This document shows, piece by piece, positions 48,888-58,123 of a stretch of 64,000 nucleotides of DNA (position 1 is the first letter of the stretch; every line of letters starts with the position of its first letter). Source of the stretch: Gammaproteobacteria bacterium (GTDB taxonomy: Bacteria; Pseudomonadota; Gammaproteobacteria; Steroidobacterales; PWYM01); NCBI GenBank assembly GCA_007127715.1, contig SKYU01000009.1, positions 2,411 to 66,410 of the forward strand. Direction: 5' to 3'. The notes beneath the pieces are model-generated. The model made no database searches, was not told the origin of the DNA, and saw only the letters and a program-made list of their open reading frames with translations. The translations under genes were made by a program, and so were the position numbers.

Positions 48888-50120
48888 ATGTCTGAGCACC
48901 TGGTCATCCGCCTGCATCCCGGCACCGAAGATGCCGTGAGCTGGCTTGTCGTCACCGCGCAGGGCCGCAGGCTCGGCGAGCCTGCCCGTGGGCCACTGGA
49001 ACAGGCCGCAGCGCTGGCCGCCGGGCGGCGCGTCACCGTGCTGCTTCCCGGCACCGAGGTTCTGCTCTGCGATACGCGCTTGCCGGTCCGCAGCCCGGCG
49101 AAACTGCTGCGGGCGTTACCGTTCTCCCTGGAAGAGCATCTGGCAGAGGAGATCGACAGCCTGCATTTCGCTGCGGGACGTCCGGATCGCGAGGGCCGGC
49201 TGCGCGCGGCGGTGATCTCACGGGACGCGCTCGCGGCGGTCATGGACCGACTGCGGGCTGCGGGCCTGCAGCCCGACGCGATACAGGCCGACACGGAAGC
49301 CCTTACCGCCAATCCGGGCAGTCTGACACTGCTGGTCGACGACAGCCGGGTCTACCTGACCCCGCCCGAGGGGCCGGCGCGGGTGCTCGACGGCCCCGGA
49401 CTCCGTGACGCCCTGGCCCTTGCCGGAGAACCGTCCCCTGGCAGACATCTGCTGGTCTATGGCGACGCCGCACAGGAAACGGTGCTGGCTGCGGAATGCG
49501 CAGCCCTGCGCGAGGAGGGTTTCGAGGTCGACCTGCACCTGCACGATGATGGCGGACTGTCGCGCATGGCGCTGGGCGCGATCGCAGGCCCGGCGGTCAA
49601 CCTGCTTCAGGGGCCGTTCGCTGTCCGCCGTTCACGGGCCGCGCTGTGGGGCCCCTGGAGGATCGCCGCCTCGCTGCTGCTCGCCTTCGCCCTGATCACC
49701 CTGGTGGGCAAGGCGGTCGAGTATCAGCGCCTCGGCAGCGAACTGCGGGCGATCGATGCGGCCATCGACGAGAGTTTCCGTCGCAGCTTCGGCGATATCC
49801 CCATCGCGGACTACCAGGCCCAGGCCCGCCAGCAGCTCGCACGGCTGCGGGGCGGCCCGGGCGGCGAGGAGCTCCTGCTCGGGCTGGATGCGCTGAGCAG
49901 CGGACTCGCGCAAACCGGCGGGACGACACGGGTGCTGGCCCTGAGCTACCGTCGTGGCACGCTGGATCTGCGGGTCCGCTCGCCCGACGTCGCTACGCTC
50001 GATCGCCTGCAACGCGAGCTGGTCGAGGCCGGCGTCGGACGCGCCGAAATCCAGGCCGCCAACCCGGTCGACGGCGGGGTCGAGGGCCGACTGCAATTGC
50101 GCATGGGGGGAGGCGCATGA
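48888..50120 (+). CDS. gspL: Type II secretion protein GspL
   Basis: 410 aa, cytoplasmic domain + TM (WRIAASLLLAFALITLV) + periplasmic domain. Position between gspK and gspM. Confidence 0.8.
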   Translation: MSEHLVIRLHPGTEDAVSWLVVTAQGRRLGEPARGPLEQAAALAAGRRVTVLLPGTEVLLCDTRLPVRSPAKLLRALPFSLEEHLAEEIDSLHFAAGRPDREGRLRAAVISRDALAAVMDRLRAAGLQPDAIQADTEALTANPGSLTLLVDDSRVYLTPPEGPARVLDGPGLRDALALAGEPSPGRHLLVYGDAAQETVLAAECAALREEGFEVDLHLHDDGGLSRMALGAIAGPAVNLLQGPFAVRRSRAALWGPWRIAASLLLAFALITLVGKAVEYQRLGSELRAIDAAIDESFRRSFGDIPIADYQAQARQQLARLRGGPGGEELLLGLDALSSGLAQTGGTTRVLALSYRRGTLDLRVRSPDVATLDRLQRELVEAGVGRAEIQAANPVDGGVEGRLQLRMGGGA

Positions 50121-50605
50121 GGCAGTGGCTGACCAGCCTCAGCGAACGCGAACGCTATCTGGTGTTCGCCGCCGGCCTGCTCGGCGCCTACGCCGTCCTG
50201 CACCTGGCGGTGGTCGCACCGCTGTGGGGCGGCTCGGCACGGATGGCCACCCAATTGCCCGAACGCCAGGCCCTGCTGGCCGAGCTGCGCGCCGCCGAGG
50301 CCGAGGTCGCCACCCTGCGCGGCCGCGAGTCCGCCGCCCCACGCGAGGCGGCCGGACAATCCCTGGTCGTGATCATCGACCGGACCAGCCGCGAGGCGGG
50401 CCTGGGCAGCGCGCTTCGACGTAACCAGCCCACCCCCGATCAGGGCCTGCGGGTCAGTTTCGAAGGCGCGCCTTTCGACAGCCTCGTCACCTGGCTGGTG
50501 GACCTGGAGCGGCGGTTCGGTATTGGCGTGGAGTCGGCCAGTTTCGATGCCGCCGGAGGCCCAGGCCTTGTCAACGCCACGCTGGTGCTGGAACGCCGCT
50601 CGTGA
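50117..50605 (+). CDS. gspM: Type II secretion protein GspM
   Basis: ATGA overlap with gspL. WLTSLSERERYLVFAAGLLG N-terminal TM. 162 aa. Confidence 0.8.
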   Translation: MRQWLTSLSERERYLVFAAGLLGAYAVLHLAVVAPLWGGSARMATQLPERQALLAELRAAEAEVATLRGRESAAPREAAGQSLVVIIDRTSREAGLGSALRRNQPTPDQGLRVSFEGAPFDSLVTWLVDLERRFGIGVESASFDAAGGPGLVNATLVLERRS

Positions 50606-51348
50606 CCCGCTGGACGTGGCTGCTGGCGGCGGGTGGTGTCGCCGTGTACCTCATCGTGCTGCTGGTCACGTTGCCCGCTGGCGTGGTGCTTCCCCGGCTG
50701 GTGGCTGCCACGCCGGTTGCCGTCGGCGGAATCGAGGGTACGCTGTGGCGCGGCAGCGCGGCCACTGTGGTGGTCGAGGGGTTTCCCGTTTACGGACTGC
50801 GCTGGCAGGTCGAGCCGCTGGCGATGTTTCGCGGACGGCTGCAGGCGCGGGTCGAAGGGCGCCTGGACGAGGGCTTCCTCCGCGCCCGCGTGGCCTATTC
50901 GCCGCTGGCTGGACGCCTGCACGTCGAAGACGGCCAGGGCGCCACCCGCCTCGCGCGGCTGGCGACGCCGGCGGGGTTCGCCGGCGCTGATGGCAATCTC
51001 AGCCTGCAGCTCGAGTCGCTGGTCATCCAGGCGGGCTGGCCGCTGGGCCTGAGCGCACGGCTGGGCGTCGGGAGCCTGTCGCTGCAGGAACTCGGTCGCC
51101 AGCCGCTGGGCGACTTCGAAGCGGTATTCAGGCTGGAGGGCGAGGACGTGACCGCCGAGCTGAGGGATGTCGCCGGCCTGCTGGAGCTCGAGGCGGTTCT
51201 GCGGGTAGACCGGGCACTGCGCTGGGATCTCCAGGGTGAAGTCGCCCCGCGCGGGGACGCCCCGGCCACGCTCCGCGATGCCATGACGCTGCTGGGTCCG
51301 CCCGATGATCGCGGTCGTCGCCCGTTCGGGTTGGGCGGGCGCCTGTAG
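50602..51348 (+). CDS. gspN: Type II secretion protein GspN
   Basis: GTGA overlap with gspM. N-terminal TM. GTLWRGSA motif. 248 aa. Last gene of the cluster. Confidence 0.7.
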   Translation: MTRWTWLLAAGGVAVYLIVLLVTLPAGVVLPRLVAATPVAVGGIEGTLWRGSAATVVVEGFPVYGLRWQVEPLAMFRGRLQARVEGRLDEGFLRARVAYSPLAGRLHVEDGQGATRLARLATPAGFAGADGNLSLQLESLVIQAGWPLGLSARLGVGSLSLQELGRQPLGDFEAVFRLEGEDVTAELRDVAGLLELEAVLRVDRALRWDLQGEVAPRGDAPATLRDAMTLLGPPDDRGRRPFGLGGRL

Positions 51349-51380
51349 CCGGCTGATCCGAACCCCGGGGGAACCCCGGT

Positions 51381-52646
51381 TCAGGGGCGCGCGTAGCCCG
51401 AGAGCACCTCGTCGATCCGACCGAAGACATCCTCGAGCACCGTCCGGTCGGGCAGCGTGGTGATCCGGAAATGGTCGCTGTAGGGCACGTTGAAACTGGT
51501 GCCCGGCGCCACGAGCACATGGCGCGACTCCAGCAGGTCCATCGCGAAGCGGTGGTCGCTGAACTCCGGAAGCTGGTCGGTCAGGACCCGGATGAAGGCG
51601 TACATCGCCCCCATCGGACGCACCATCTCGAGGTAGGGGCTGGCGGCCACGCACTCGATGACCGCTGTCCGGGAATCATGCAGCCGCCCCCCTGGCGAGA
51701 TCAGCTCGCGGATACTCTGGTAACCCCCCAGTGCGGTCTGCACCGCCCACTGCCCGGGCACGTTGCTGCACAAACGCAGTGAGGCCAGCAGTTCGAGCGC
51801 GTTCAGGTACGCCCGCGCCCGCTCCAGATCACCGCTGAACGAGGCCCAGCCGACACGGTAGCCGCAGGCGCGATAGACCTTCGACAGGCCGCTCAGGGTC
51901 GCACACAGCGTATCGCGGACCAGGGTGGCCATCGGAACGAACTCGGCGTCCTCGTAGGTCATCTGGTCGTAGATCTCGTCCGACAGGACCACCAACCGGT
52001 GGCGCTCCGCCAGTGCCGCAATCGCCTCCAGCGTCTGGCGCGTATACACCGCGCCGGTCGGGTTGTTCGGATTGATCACGACGACTGCCCGGGTCCGGGG
52101 CGTGATCAGCGCTTCCATCGCCGCAATATCCGGCTGGAAGCCCCGCTCGGGCGGGCAGGGATAATGCAGCGCCCTGCCACCGTTGAGCACGGTGGCTGCG
52201 GTCCACAGGGGGTAATCCGGGCTCGGGATCAGCACCTCGTCACCCGGATCCAGCAGGGCCCGAAGGCACAGGTCGATCAACTCCGAGACGCCGTTGCCGA
52301 TGAACACGGTCTCGGCCGAGGCGGTCATCACCCCGCGGGTCTGCTGCTGCATGACCACCGCCTCGCGGGCCGGGAAAATACCCTTCTGGTGGCAGTAGCC
52401 CTCGCTCTGCTGCATGTTCTCGATCATCGCCAGACGCATGGTCTCTGGCGTACGGAAGCCGTAGACCCCGGGATTGCCGATATTCAGCGAGGTGATCTCG
52501 TAACCCATCTTCTCCAGTTCGAGCGCCCGTCGGGCAAGCACGCCGCGAATCTCGTAACGCACATGGCGCAGTCCGGCCGCGGTTTTCACCGGTGCCGCGT
52601 TCGACAGGGGGTCAGGCGTGGCCTGATCGCGAGCCTCGAGAGTCAT
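51381..52646 (-). CDS. alaA: PLP-dependent aminotransferase, AlaA/AlaC (glutamate-pyruvate) type
   Basis: YEIRG...LNIGNPGVYGF...SEGYCHQKG...NPNNPTGAVY...SGLSKVYRACGYR closely follows the E. coli AlaA pattern. Confidence 0.8.
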   Translation of the reverse strand: MTLEARDQATPDPLSNAAPVKTAAGLRHVRYEIRGVLARRALELEKMGYEITSLNIGNPGVYGFRTPETMRLAMIENMQQSEGYCHQKGIFPAREAVVMQQQTRGVMTASAETVFIGNGVSELIDLCLRALLDPGDEVLIPSPDYPLWTAATVLNGGRALHYPCPPERGFQPDIAAMEALITPRTRAVVVINPNNPTGAVYTRQTLEAIAALAERHRLVVLSDEIYDQMTYEDAEFVPMATLVRDTLCATLSGLSKVYRACGYRVGWASFSGDLERARAYLNALELLASLRLCSNVPGQWAVQTALGGYQSIRELISPGGRLHDSRTAVIECVAASPYLEMVRPMGAMYAFIRVLTDQLPEFSDHRFAMDLLESRHVLVAPGTSFNVPYSDHFRITTLPDRTVLEDVFGRIDEVLSGYARP

Positions 52647-52751
52647 GAGACGGGTATCCTTAGGGGGTCTGGCGCGGCCAGACTCTACGCAAGCGCGACG
52701 GCAAAGAAAAGCGAACGGTCGCGCGGTTCATCAACCGACAGGAGGGCCGAG

Positions 52752-53228
52752 GTGTCCGATATCAAGCAAGCCATGCCACTGCTGGCCAGCAACGAAGGCG
52801 TATGGGACGGCTACTACCGCTATACCGATCCGCAGGGCAACAAGATCGATGAGCACAAGTCACGACTGGTGTGCCGGTTTCCGGCCGAGGGTCCCTACCC
52901 CTACCACCAGACCAACCACTACACCTGGGCGGACGGTCGCACCGAGGTGCGCGACTTCCCGGCAAGCTACCGCGATGGACGGGTGTGGTTCGACACTGAT
53001 CTCATCCATGGCTGGGCCGCCGAGGTACCGCTGGACGATTTCAACCGCACGCTGATGCTGAACTGGACCCGCAAGGGCGAGCCCGACCTGTATCTCTACG
53101 AGATGATCCAGATGAGCGACTGCGGCAAGTACCGCTGTCGCATCTGGCAGTGGATCAAGGCGGGCCGCATCCACATGCGCACCCTGATCGACGAGGAGAA
53201 GGTCTCCGACACCTGGGAAGGTTACTGA
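52752..53228 (+). CDS. Hypothetical protein, DUF3598-like (lipocalin-type barrel?)
   Basis: GTG start with an AGGAGG RBS. NEGVWDGYYRYTDPQGNKIDEH...HQTNHYTWADG pattern. Family assignment is tentative. Confidence 0.45.
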   Translation: MSDIKQAMPLLASNEGVWDGYYRYTDPQGNKIDEHKSRLVCRFPAEGPYPYHQTNHYTWADGRTEVRDFPASYRDGRVWFDTDLIHGWAAEVPLDDFNRTLMLNWTRKGEPDLYLYEMIQMSDCGKYRCRIWQWIKAGRIHMRTLIDEEKVSDTWEGY

Positions 53229-54739
53229 GCCCGACCGGTTGCCCCGGCCGCCTGCGCGGTACCGACCTGCCGCGCAGGCATCTCCGCAGCCTCCTCGTCA
53301 GGCTCGGCCTCTGACGCACCGGGCGGGCGCATCCGGTCCACCACATCGGTACGCAGCAGCGCACCGCAGACGATGGCAATCGCCAGCAGCGTGGTGATGA
53401 CCATGAACGGCAGGACATAGCTGCCTGAGCTGTCGTAGAGGATGCCGGTGACGAACGGTCCAAGACCGCCGCCGAAGGTATCCAGGACCGTGATCGCGCC
53501 GATGATCTTGCCCAGCGACTTCAGACCGAACAGATCGGCGCACAGCAGCTGGATCAGGGTATAGATGCCGCCCCAGCCGAAGCCGAACAGCGACAGGCCC
53601 ACCCACAGAAGCTGCGGACTGTGCACCATGCTGGTCAACACTATGCACACCACGCCTGAGAACATCAGCCCAAGGCCCACCAGCAGCACCCGCTGACGTC
53701 CCAGCGTCTCGGCCACGTGACCGCTGATCAGCTTGCCCACCAGCCCGCCGATGAACAGGATGGACGATCCCGTCGAGGCGACCATCACCGAGTACCCCTC
53801 ATCGCGCATGAACAGGAACGTGTGCGTACCCATGGCGAGGATCGAGTAGAAGGTGCACATCGCCAGCCCAGCCAGCATCCAGAAGTTCCGGCTTCGCAGC
53901 GCCTCCCCCAGCGTCATGCCGTACCGGGTCGCGGCCACCGCGGCCCTGGCCGCCGCCCCGGTGGAACTCGCCGGCGGCTGGTTCCGCACCAGCAGGAAGA
54001 TCAGCGGGATCATGATCACCGGCAGCACGGCCACCCAGGTGAACACGTCCCGCCAGTCGCCAAAATTGAGCAGCCAGGCGTTCAGTGGTGGCAGTACGGC
54101 GTTACCGATACTGGTGCCGGCGAGGGCGATGCCGATGGCCAGGCCGCGTTTGCGGACGAACCAGCGCGACACCAGGATCACGTTGACGATCAGCCCCGCC
54201 AGCGTCAGCAGCACACCGAACAGGAAATGCACGATGTAGACATCGGCCAGCGTCTGCACCTGGCCGTAGTACCAGTAGGCGCCGGCGAGCAGGGCCATGC
54301 CGGCCACCATCAGCGGCTTGACGCCGACCCGATCGGCCAGCGCGCCTGCGAAAAACCCGAGCGCCCCGGCGGTGAACAGGGTAATCAGATCCCGCAACTT
54401 GAGCGCGCCCACGGAGACGGCCCCGCGGTCGATGATCGCCGCGAGCTCGGCCTCATCGATCATCACGCCCTCGGCAGCCAGCAGCTCTCGCAGTGCAGGC
54501 AGCGCGGCACGGATGCGTCCGTCCTCCGCCAGCGCCCGCAGTGCCTGCGGATCGACCTCGACGCCGTGGGCTGCGTTGAGCTCGGTCACGACGCCGAGCG
54601 CCGAGAGTTCATCGATGATCAGCTCATCGAACACCGTGGGCCCCGTCAGCGTCATGCCATTGGAGACGCTGAGGATGAGGAACGCGGTAAAGGCGATCAC
54701 CCACCCATAGTAGAGGCGGGATCCGGTGGTCTCCGACAT
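53222..54739 (-). CDS. MFS transporter (OFA-like) with ~85-aa hydrophilic insertion between TM1 and TM2
   Basis: ATG at 54739. YYGWVIAFTAFLILSV (TM1), then an acidic helical insert (DELIIDELSALGV...AIIDRGAVSVGALKLRD), then TM2 with motif A GALADRVGVKP. 12 TM overall. Confidence 0.8.
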   Translation of the reverse strand: MSETTGSRLYYGWVIAFTAFLILSVSNGMTLTGPTVFDELIIDELSALGVVTELNAAHGVEVDPQALRALAEDGRIRAALPALRELLAAEGVMIDEAELAAIIDRGAVSVGALKLRDLITLFTAGALGFFAGALADRVGVKPLMVAGMALLAGAYWYYGQVQTLADVYIVHFLFGVLLTLAGLIVNVILVSRWFVRKRGLAIGIALAGTSIGNAVLPPLNAWLLNFGDWRDVFTWVAVLPVIMIPLIFLLVRNQPPASSTGAAARAAVAATRYGMTLGEALRSRNFWMLAGLAMCTFYSILAMGTHTFLFMRDEGYSVMVASTGSSILFIGGLVGKLISGHVAETLGRQRVLLVGLGLMFSGVVCIVLTSMVHSPQLLWVGLSLFGFGWGGIYTLIQLLCADLFGLKSLGKIIGAITVLDTFGGGLGPFVTGILYDSSGSYVLPFMVITTLLAIAIVCGALLRTDVVDRMRPPGASEAEPDEEAAEMPARQVGTAQAAGATGRAQ

Positions 54740-54767
54740 GCTGGGCGTCCTCTGGTCGGGCTCGGTC

Positions 54768-56774
54768 TCAGACCGACATACCCGCCCGATAACCTTCACG
54801 CGTGGCGGCCAGTACCGTCCGGGGCGAAAAACAGTCGCCTACCAGCTGCACTTCGAGTCCGTGTTCGCGCAGCGGCTTCTCGAGTGACGCGTCCGGCACC
54901 CGCGGTGTGGAATAGCTGAACAGCGCCACATCCTCGATCACCGTGGGCTCGCCGGTGTAGACGTTGTGCACCACAAGATTCCCGTCCGCAAAGTCCGTTC
55001 CCGGCGCCAGATCACTGCAGAGCACCAGGTCCACGCCCGCCTTGTACAGCCGCTCATAGAGATTCTGGCGGGTCACCAGCGGCTCGTCCTGGGCCACGCG
55101 CTCCCGCGGAGTGACGATCACCACGCGATCGAAGATGCGCTTCAGGTGCAGGGCCGAGGCGTAGGTGCCGGCCGTGTGGTCGTGGTCGTAGATGACCGCC
55201 GTGCCCTCCTCGCGCCCACCGTAATCCAGCAGCCCGGGCATGAGCGCGCGCAGGTCAGGAATCATGTCATCCTCGCGCAGCGCGGGGTCGAGCTGGTGCG
55301 GCCAGATCATGGTCGAGCCGGTGGCGAGAATCACCGCGTCCGGCTGCAGTGCGAGCACGTCGTCCACACCGGCGCGCAGGCCGAGTTCGAGTTTCAGCCC
55401 CGCGCGCTTGCCCGCCAGCGTCTGGTAATCGTAGATCGAGGAGAGGTTCTCGCCCCCGGGCAGCGCCGCATGCAGCCGGGTCTTGCCGCCGGGTTCGCTG
55501 CCGGCCCCCAGAACGGTCACCTCGTGGCCGCGCGCTGCAGCCAGCCAGGCGGCTTCCATGCCGGCGATCCCGCTGCCCACCACCACCACGCGACGGCGTG
55601 TTTGCGCGGGCGACGGCCACCAGTCGGCCTCGTCAGGCTCACCGACCCGCGGATTGTTGTCGCAGGCAATCGCCGCGCCGTCCTCGATGATCACCGACCA
55701 GCAGGTGTTGCAGCCCACACAGTAGCGGATCTCGGGTTCGCGCCCCTCCAGCGACTTCTTCGGCCAGGCGGGATCGGTCACCAGCGGGCGGCCCAGGCCG
55801 ATGAGTTCGGCGGCCTGGCTCTCGAGAATCCCCTCGCCCTCGTTGGGATCGGTGATCACGCCCAATGCCATCACCGGGATACCGTTCGCCGAGGCCCGCA
55901 GGGTCCGGGTCAGCTCCGTGTAGGGAGCCCGGGGACCGAACAGGTCGGGGATGTGCTTGTGCAGGGCGCGCGAGTGGCTCCCCTGAGCAAAACAGAAATA
56001 GCTGACCTGTGCCGGGTCGGCGAGCCGGGCCGTGATCCGGCCGGCTTCCTCGACATCGATACTGCCCGGCACGCTGTCGTCGCCCGGAAGCTTCAGCCCG
56101 ATGATGAAGCCGCTGCCGCAACGCTGACGGATGCCTTCGACCAGTTCACGCAGCATGAGGGTACGGCCCTCGAGATCGCCGCCGTAGCGGTCGTCACGCC
56201 GGTTGGACCAGGGCGAGAGAAACTGGTGGAAAAGATGGCCGTGACCCGCCGAGATCTCCACCCCGCTGAAGCCCGCCCGATGCAGGCGCTCGGCACCGGC
56301 GACGAACTCGGCGATCATCGCCTCGACTTCTCCGCTCTCCAGCACATGCGGGACGGTCCAGCTGAGATCGTCCGCCAGGGCCGAGGCGCCGTAGGCATAG
56401 GGGTTGCGTCCGCGCTCATGGCGGCCGCGACCGGGGTCCTGGAGCTGGCCCAGCAGGCGACAGTCCTCGCTCTCCACCGCCTCCGCCCAGCGCTCAAGCC
56501 CCGGCAGCGCCTCGTCGGTATCGATCCGCACCTTGTAGGGCCGGTTCTGCCAGTGCAGCGCGGTGAGCGGCTCTGTGACGATCAGCGCGGCACCGCCCCG
56601 GGCGCGGTTGGCGTGGTAGTTCAGCAGGCGCTCGGTGACGGCAAACCCGGCACCGTACTTGGTGGTCATGGAGGCATGACAGATCCGGTTACGCAGCCGC
56701 TGGCCCGAGAGCTCCAGTGGCGAAAACAGCAGGGGGTATTTGGGCGCGGTGTCCACCGCGGGATTGGCGCTCAT
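54768..56774 (-). CDS. FadH/BaiCD-type flavoprotein: Old Yellow Enzyme domain + 4Fe-4S + FAD/NAD(P) domain
   Basis: LFSPLELSGQRLRNRICHASM (OYE N-terminus). Cluster motif CVGCNTCW...ACDNNP. VVVVGSGIAGMEAA dinucleotide site. 668 aa. Confidence 0.85.
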   Translation of the reverse strand: MSANPAVDTAPKYPLLFSPLELSGQRLRNRICHASMTTKYGAGFAVTERLLNYHANRARGGAALIVTEPLTALHWQNRPYKVRIDTDEALPGLERWAEAVESEDCRLLGQLQDPGRGRHERGRNPYAYGASALADDLSWTVPHVLESGEVEAMIAEFVAGAERLHRAGFSGVEISAGHGHLFHQFLSPWSNRRDDRYGGDLEGRTLMLRELVEGIRQRCGSGFIIGLKLPGDDSVPGSIDVEEAGRITARLADPAQVSYFCFAQGSHSRALHKHIPDLFGPRAPYTELTRTLRASANGIPVMALGVITDPNEGEGILESQAAELIGLGRPLVTDPAWPKKSLEGREPEIRYCVGCNTCWSVIIEDGAAIACDNNPRVGEPDEADWWPSPAQTRRRVVVVGSGIAGMEAAWLAAARGHEVTVLGAGSEPGGKTRLHAALPGGENLSSIYDYQTLAGKRAGLKLELGLRAGVDDVLALQPDAVILATGSTMIWPHQLDPALREDDMIPDLRALMPGLLDYGGREEGTAVIYDHDHTAGTYASALHLKRIFDRVVIVTPRERVAQDEPLVTRQNLYERLYKAGVDLVLCSDLAPGTDFADGNLVVHNVYTGEPTVIEDVALFSYSTPRVPDASLEKPLREHGLEVQLVGDCFSPRTVLAATREGYRAGMSV

Positions 56775-56797
56775 GCCGACTCCTTTCAGCAATAGTC

Positions 56798-57808
56798 TCA
56801 GCGCGCCCGCCAGGCGTCCCGCCCGGCCAGCGCGACGGCGTAGATGTCACGACTTCGCCCGCCCGCCTGCTCCAGCAGAAGCTCATGCGCAGGCATCGTC
56901 ACCTCGCGCCAGCGCTCGAGCGTGGCCTCGTCCGGTACGTGCACGCGAAAGCCGATGTCGCCGGCAGCCTCGAGTTCGGCGGCATTGGCCGCCCGCACCT
57001 GCCGGCGGATGGCCTCGCGATCGGGGAAGGCGGCGGTCAGCAGCTCACGCACGTCGGGGGGCTGCGCCAGCCACCAGTCACGGTTGGCCAGCACCAGGTT
57101 CATGCCGAGTGCATGGCCGGTCAGTACGAAATGCGGCGCCTGCTCGGCGATGCCGGTGCGCGCGTAGTACGGCACAGCGTTCTCGCCAGCGTCGATCATC
57201 CGGGTCTGCAGGGCCGGCACCACGTCGGCAAAGCCCATGGAGATCACATCCGAACCGAGCGACTGGGCAAAGACCTGGGCCGCAATGCTGTTCGAGACCC
57301 GGAACCGGCGGTTACGGAAGTCCGCTGGCGACAGCAGCGGTTCGCGGGCATAGACGTGATGGAAACCGATCTCATGCCACTGCACCACATGCAGCCCCTG
57401 CTCGGCCAGCAGGGCCTCGAGCGGCTCGGCGAGGTGGTTGTCCAGCACGTAGTCGGCTTCCGCCTCGTCGGCAAACAGGAACGGGGCGTAGAGCACCGTC
57501 AGCTCCGGCACCAGCGCCGAGGCGGCCAGCGCCGACATGCTGGCGATCTGCACCCGGCCGCGGCGAAGCCCGGAGAGCAGCTGCTCCTCCGAGCCGAGCT
57601 GCCCGCGGATCAGCATCCTGAGGTCGAAGGGCTCGGACGAGGCCTCGACCACAGCCTGGAACTGCTGCCAGTTCTCCGAGCCGGGCGACCCGGCCACCTC
57701 GGTCCCCCCGACGGCCAGGCTGATGCGGCCGTTCGCCGCCTCCTCGGGGGGCGCGCAGCCGGTGAGCAGCCAGGCGGCGAGCATGAGCAGGGCGACAGTC
57801 AGGCGCAT
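56798..57808 (-). CDS. TRAP-type (DctP family) periplasmic solute-binding lipoprotein, orphan
   Basis: Lipobox LLTGC. RGQLGSEEQLLSGLRRGRVQIA and RFRVSNS (conserved carboxylate-binding Arg region). No dctQ or dctM in the window. Confidence 0.75.
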   Translation of the reverse strand: MRLTVALLMLAAWLLTGCAPPEEAANGRISLAVGGTEVAGSPGSENWQQFQAVVEASSEPFDLRMLIRGQLGSEEQLLSGLRRGRVQIASMSALAASALVPELTVLYAPFLFADEAEADYVLDNHLAEPLEALLAEQGLHVVQWHEIGFHHVYAREPLLSPADFRNRRFRVSNSIAAQVFAQSLGSDVISMGFADVVPALQTRMIDAGENAVPYYARTGIAEQAPHFVLTGHALGMNLVLANRDWWLAQPPDVRELLTAAFPDREAIRRQVRAANAAELEAAGDIGFRVHVPDEATLERWREVTMPAHELLLEQAGGRSRDIYAVALAGRDAWRAR

Positions 57809-57874
57809 CTCGACTCCGGGTGTGACAGCGGGCGCACGTCCCGCCAGATCCTGACCCGCAAGTCTACCGCAGCC

Positions 57875-58090
57875 TCAGGCGGCCTGCGTCGATCCGCGTC
57901 CGCCAGTCAACGCCAGCCACAGCAGCCGGGGGCGCAGCACCTTGAACAGCAGGGCCCGGACCTCGCGCGGAGTCAGCTCCGTCTGGCATGGCAGCATGCC
58001 GGCCACGCCTTCCAGCACGATGAGGCCGTCGCGCGCCACCACCTGGTCGACACGGACATCGAGCTTCATCGCGGGTGTCTTGACCTTCAT
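57875..58090 (-). CDS. Small hypothetical protein (71 aa)
   Basis: ATG preceded by AGGAGA at 9-nt spacing. Sits between the flavoprotein and dctP genes on the same strand. I recognise no family. Confidence 0.4.
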   Translation of the reverse strand: MKVKTPAMKLDVRVDQVVARDGLIVLEGVAGMLPCQTELTPREVRALLFKVLRPRLLWLALTGGRGSTQAA

Positions 58091-58123
58091 GTGTGTGCTT
58101 CTCCTGTCACGACGGCCAGGCGC

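Noticed and set aside
51365-51379. GC hairpin ccgggg-gaa-ccccgg between convergent gspN and the alaA-like gene
   Set aside because: It has only a 6-bp stem, a 3-nt loop and no U-tract on either strand, so the evidence for a bidirectional terminator is weak.
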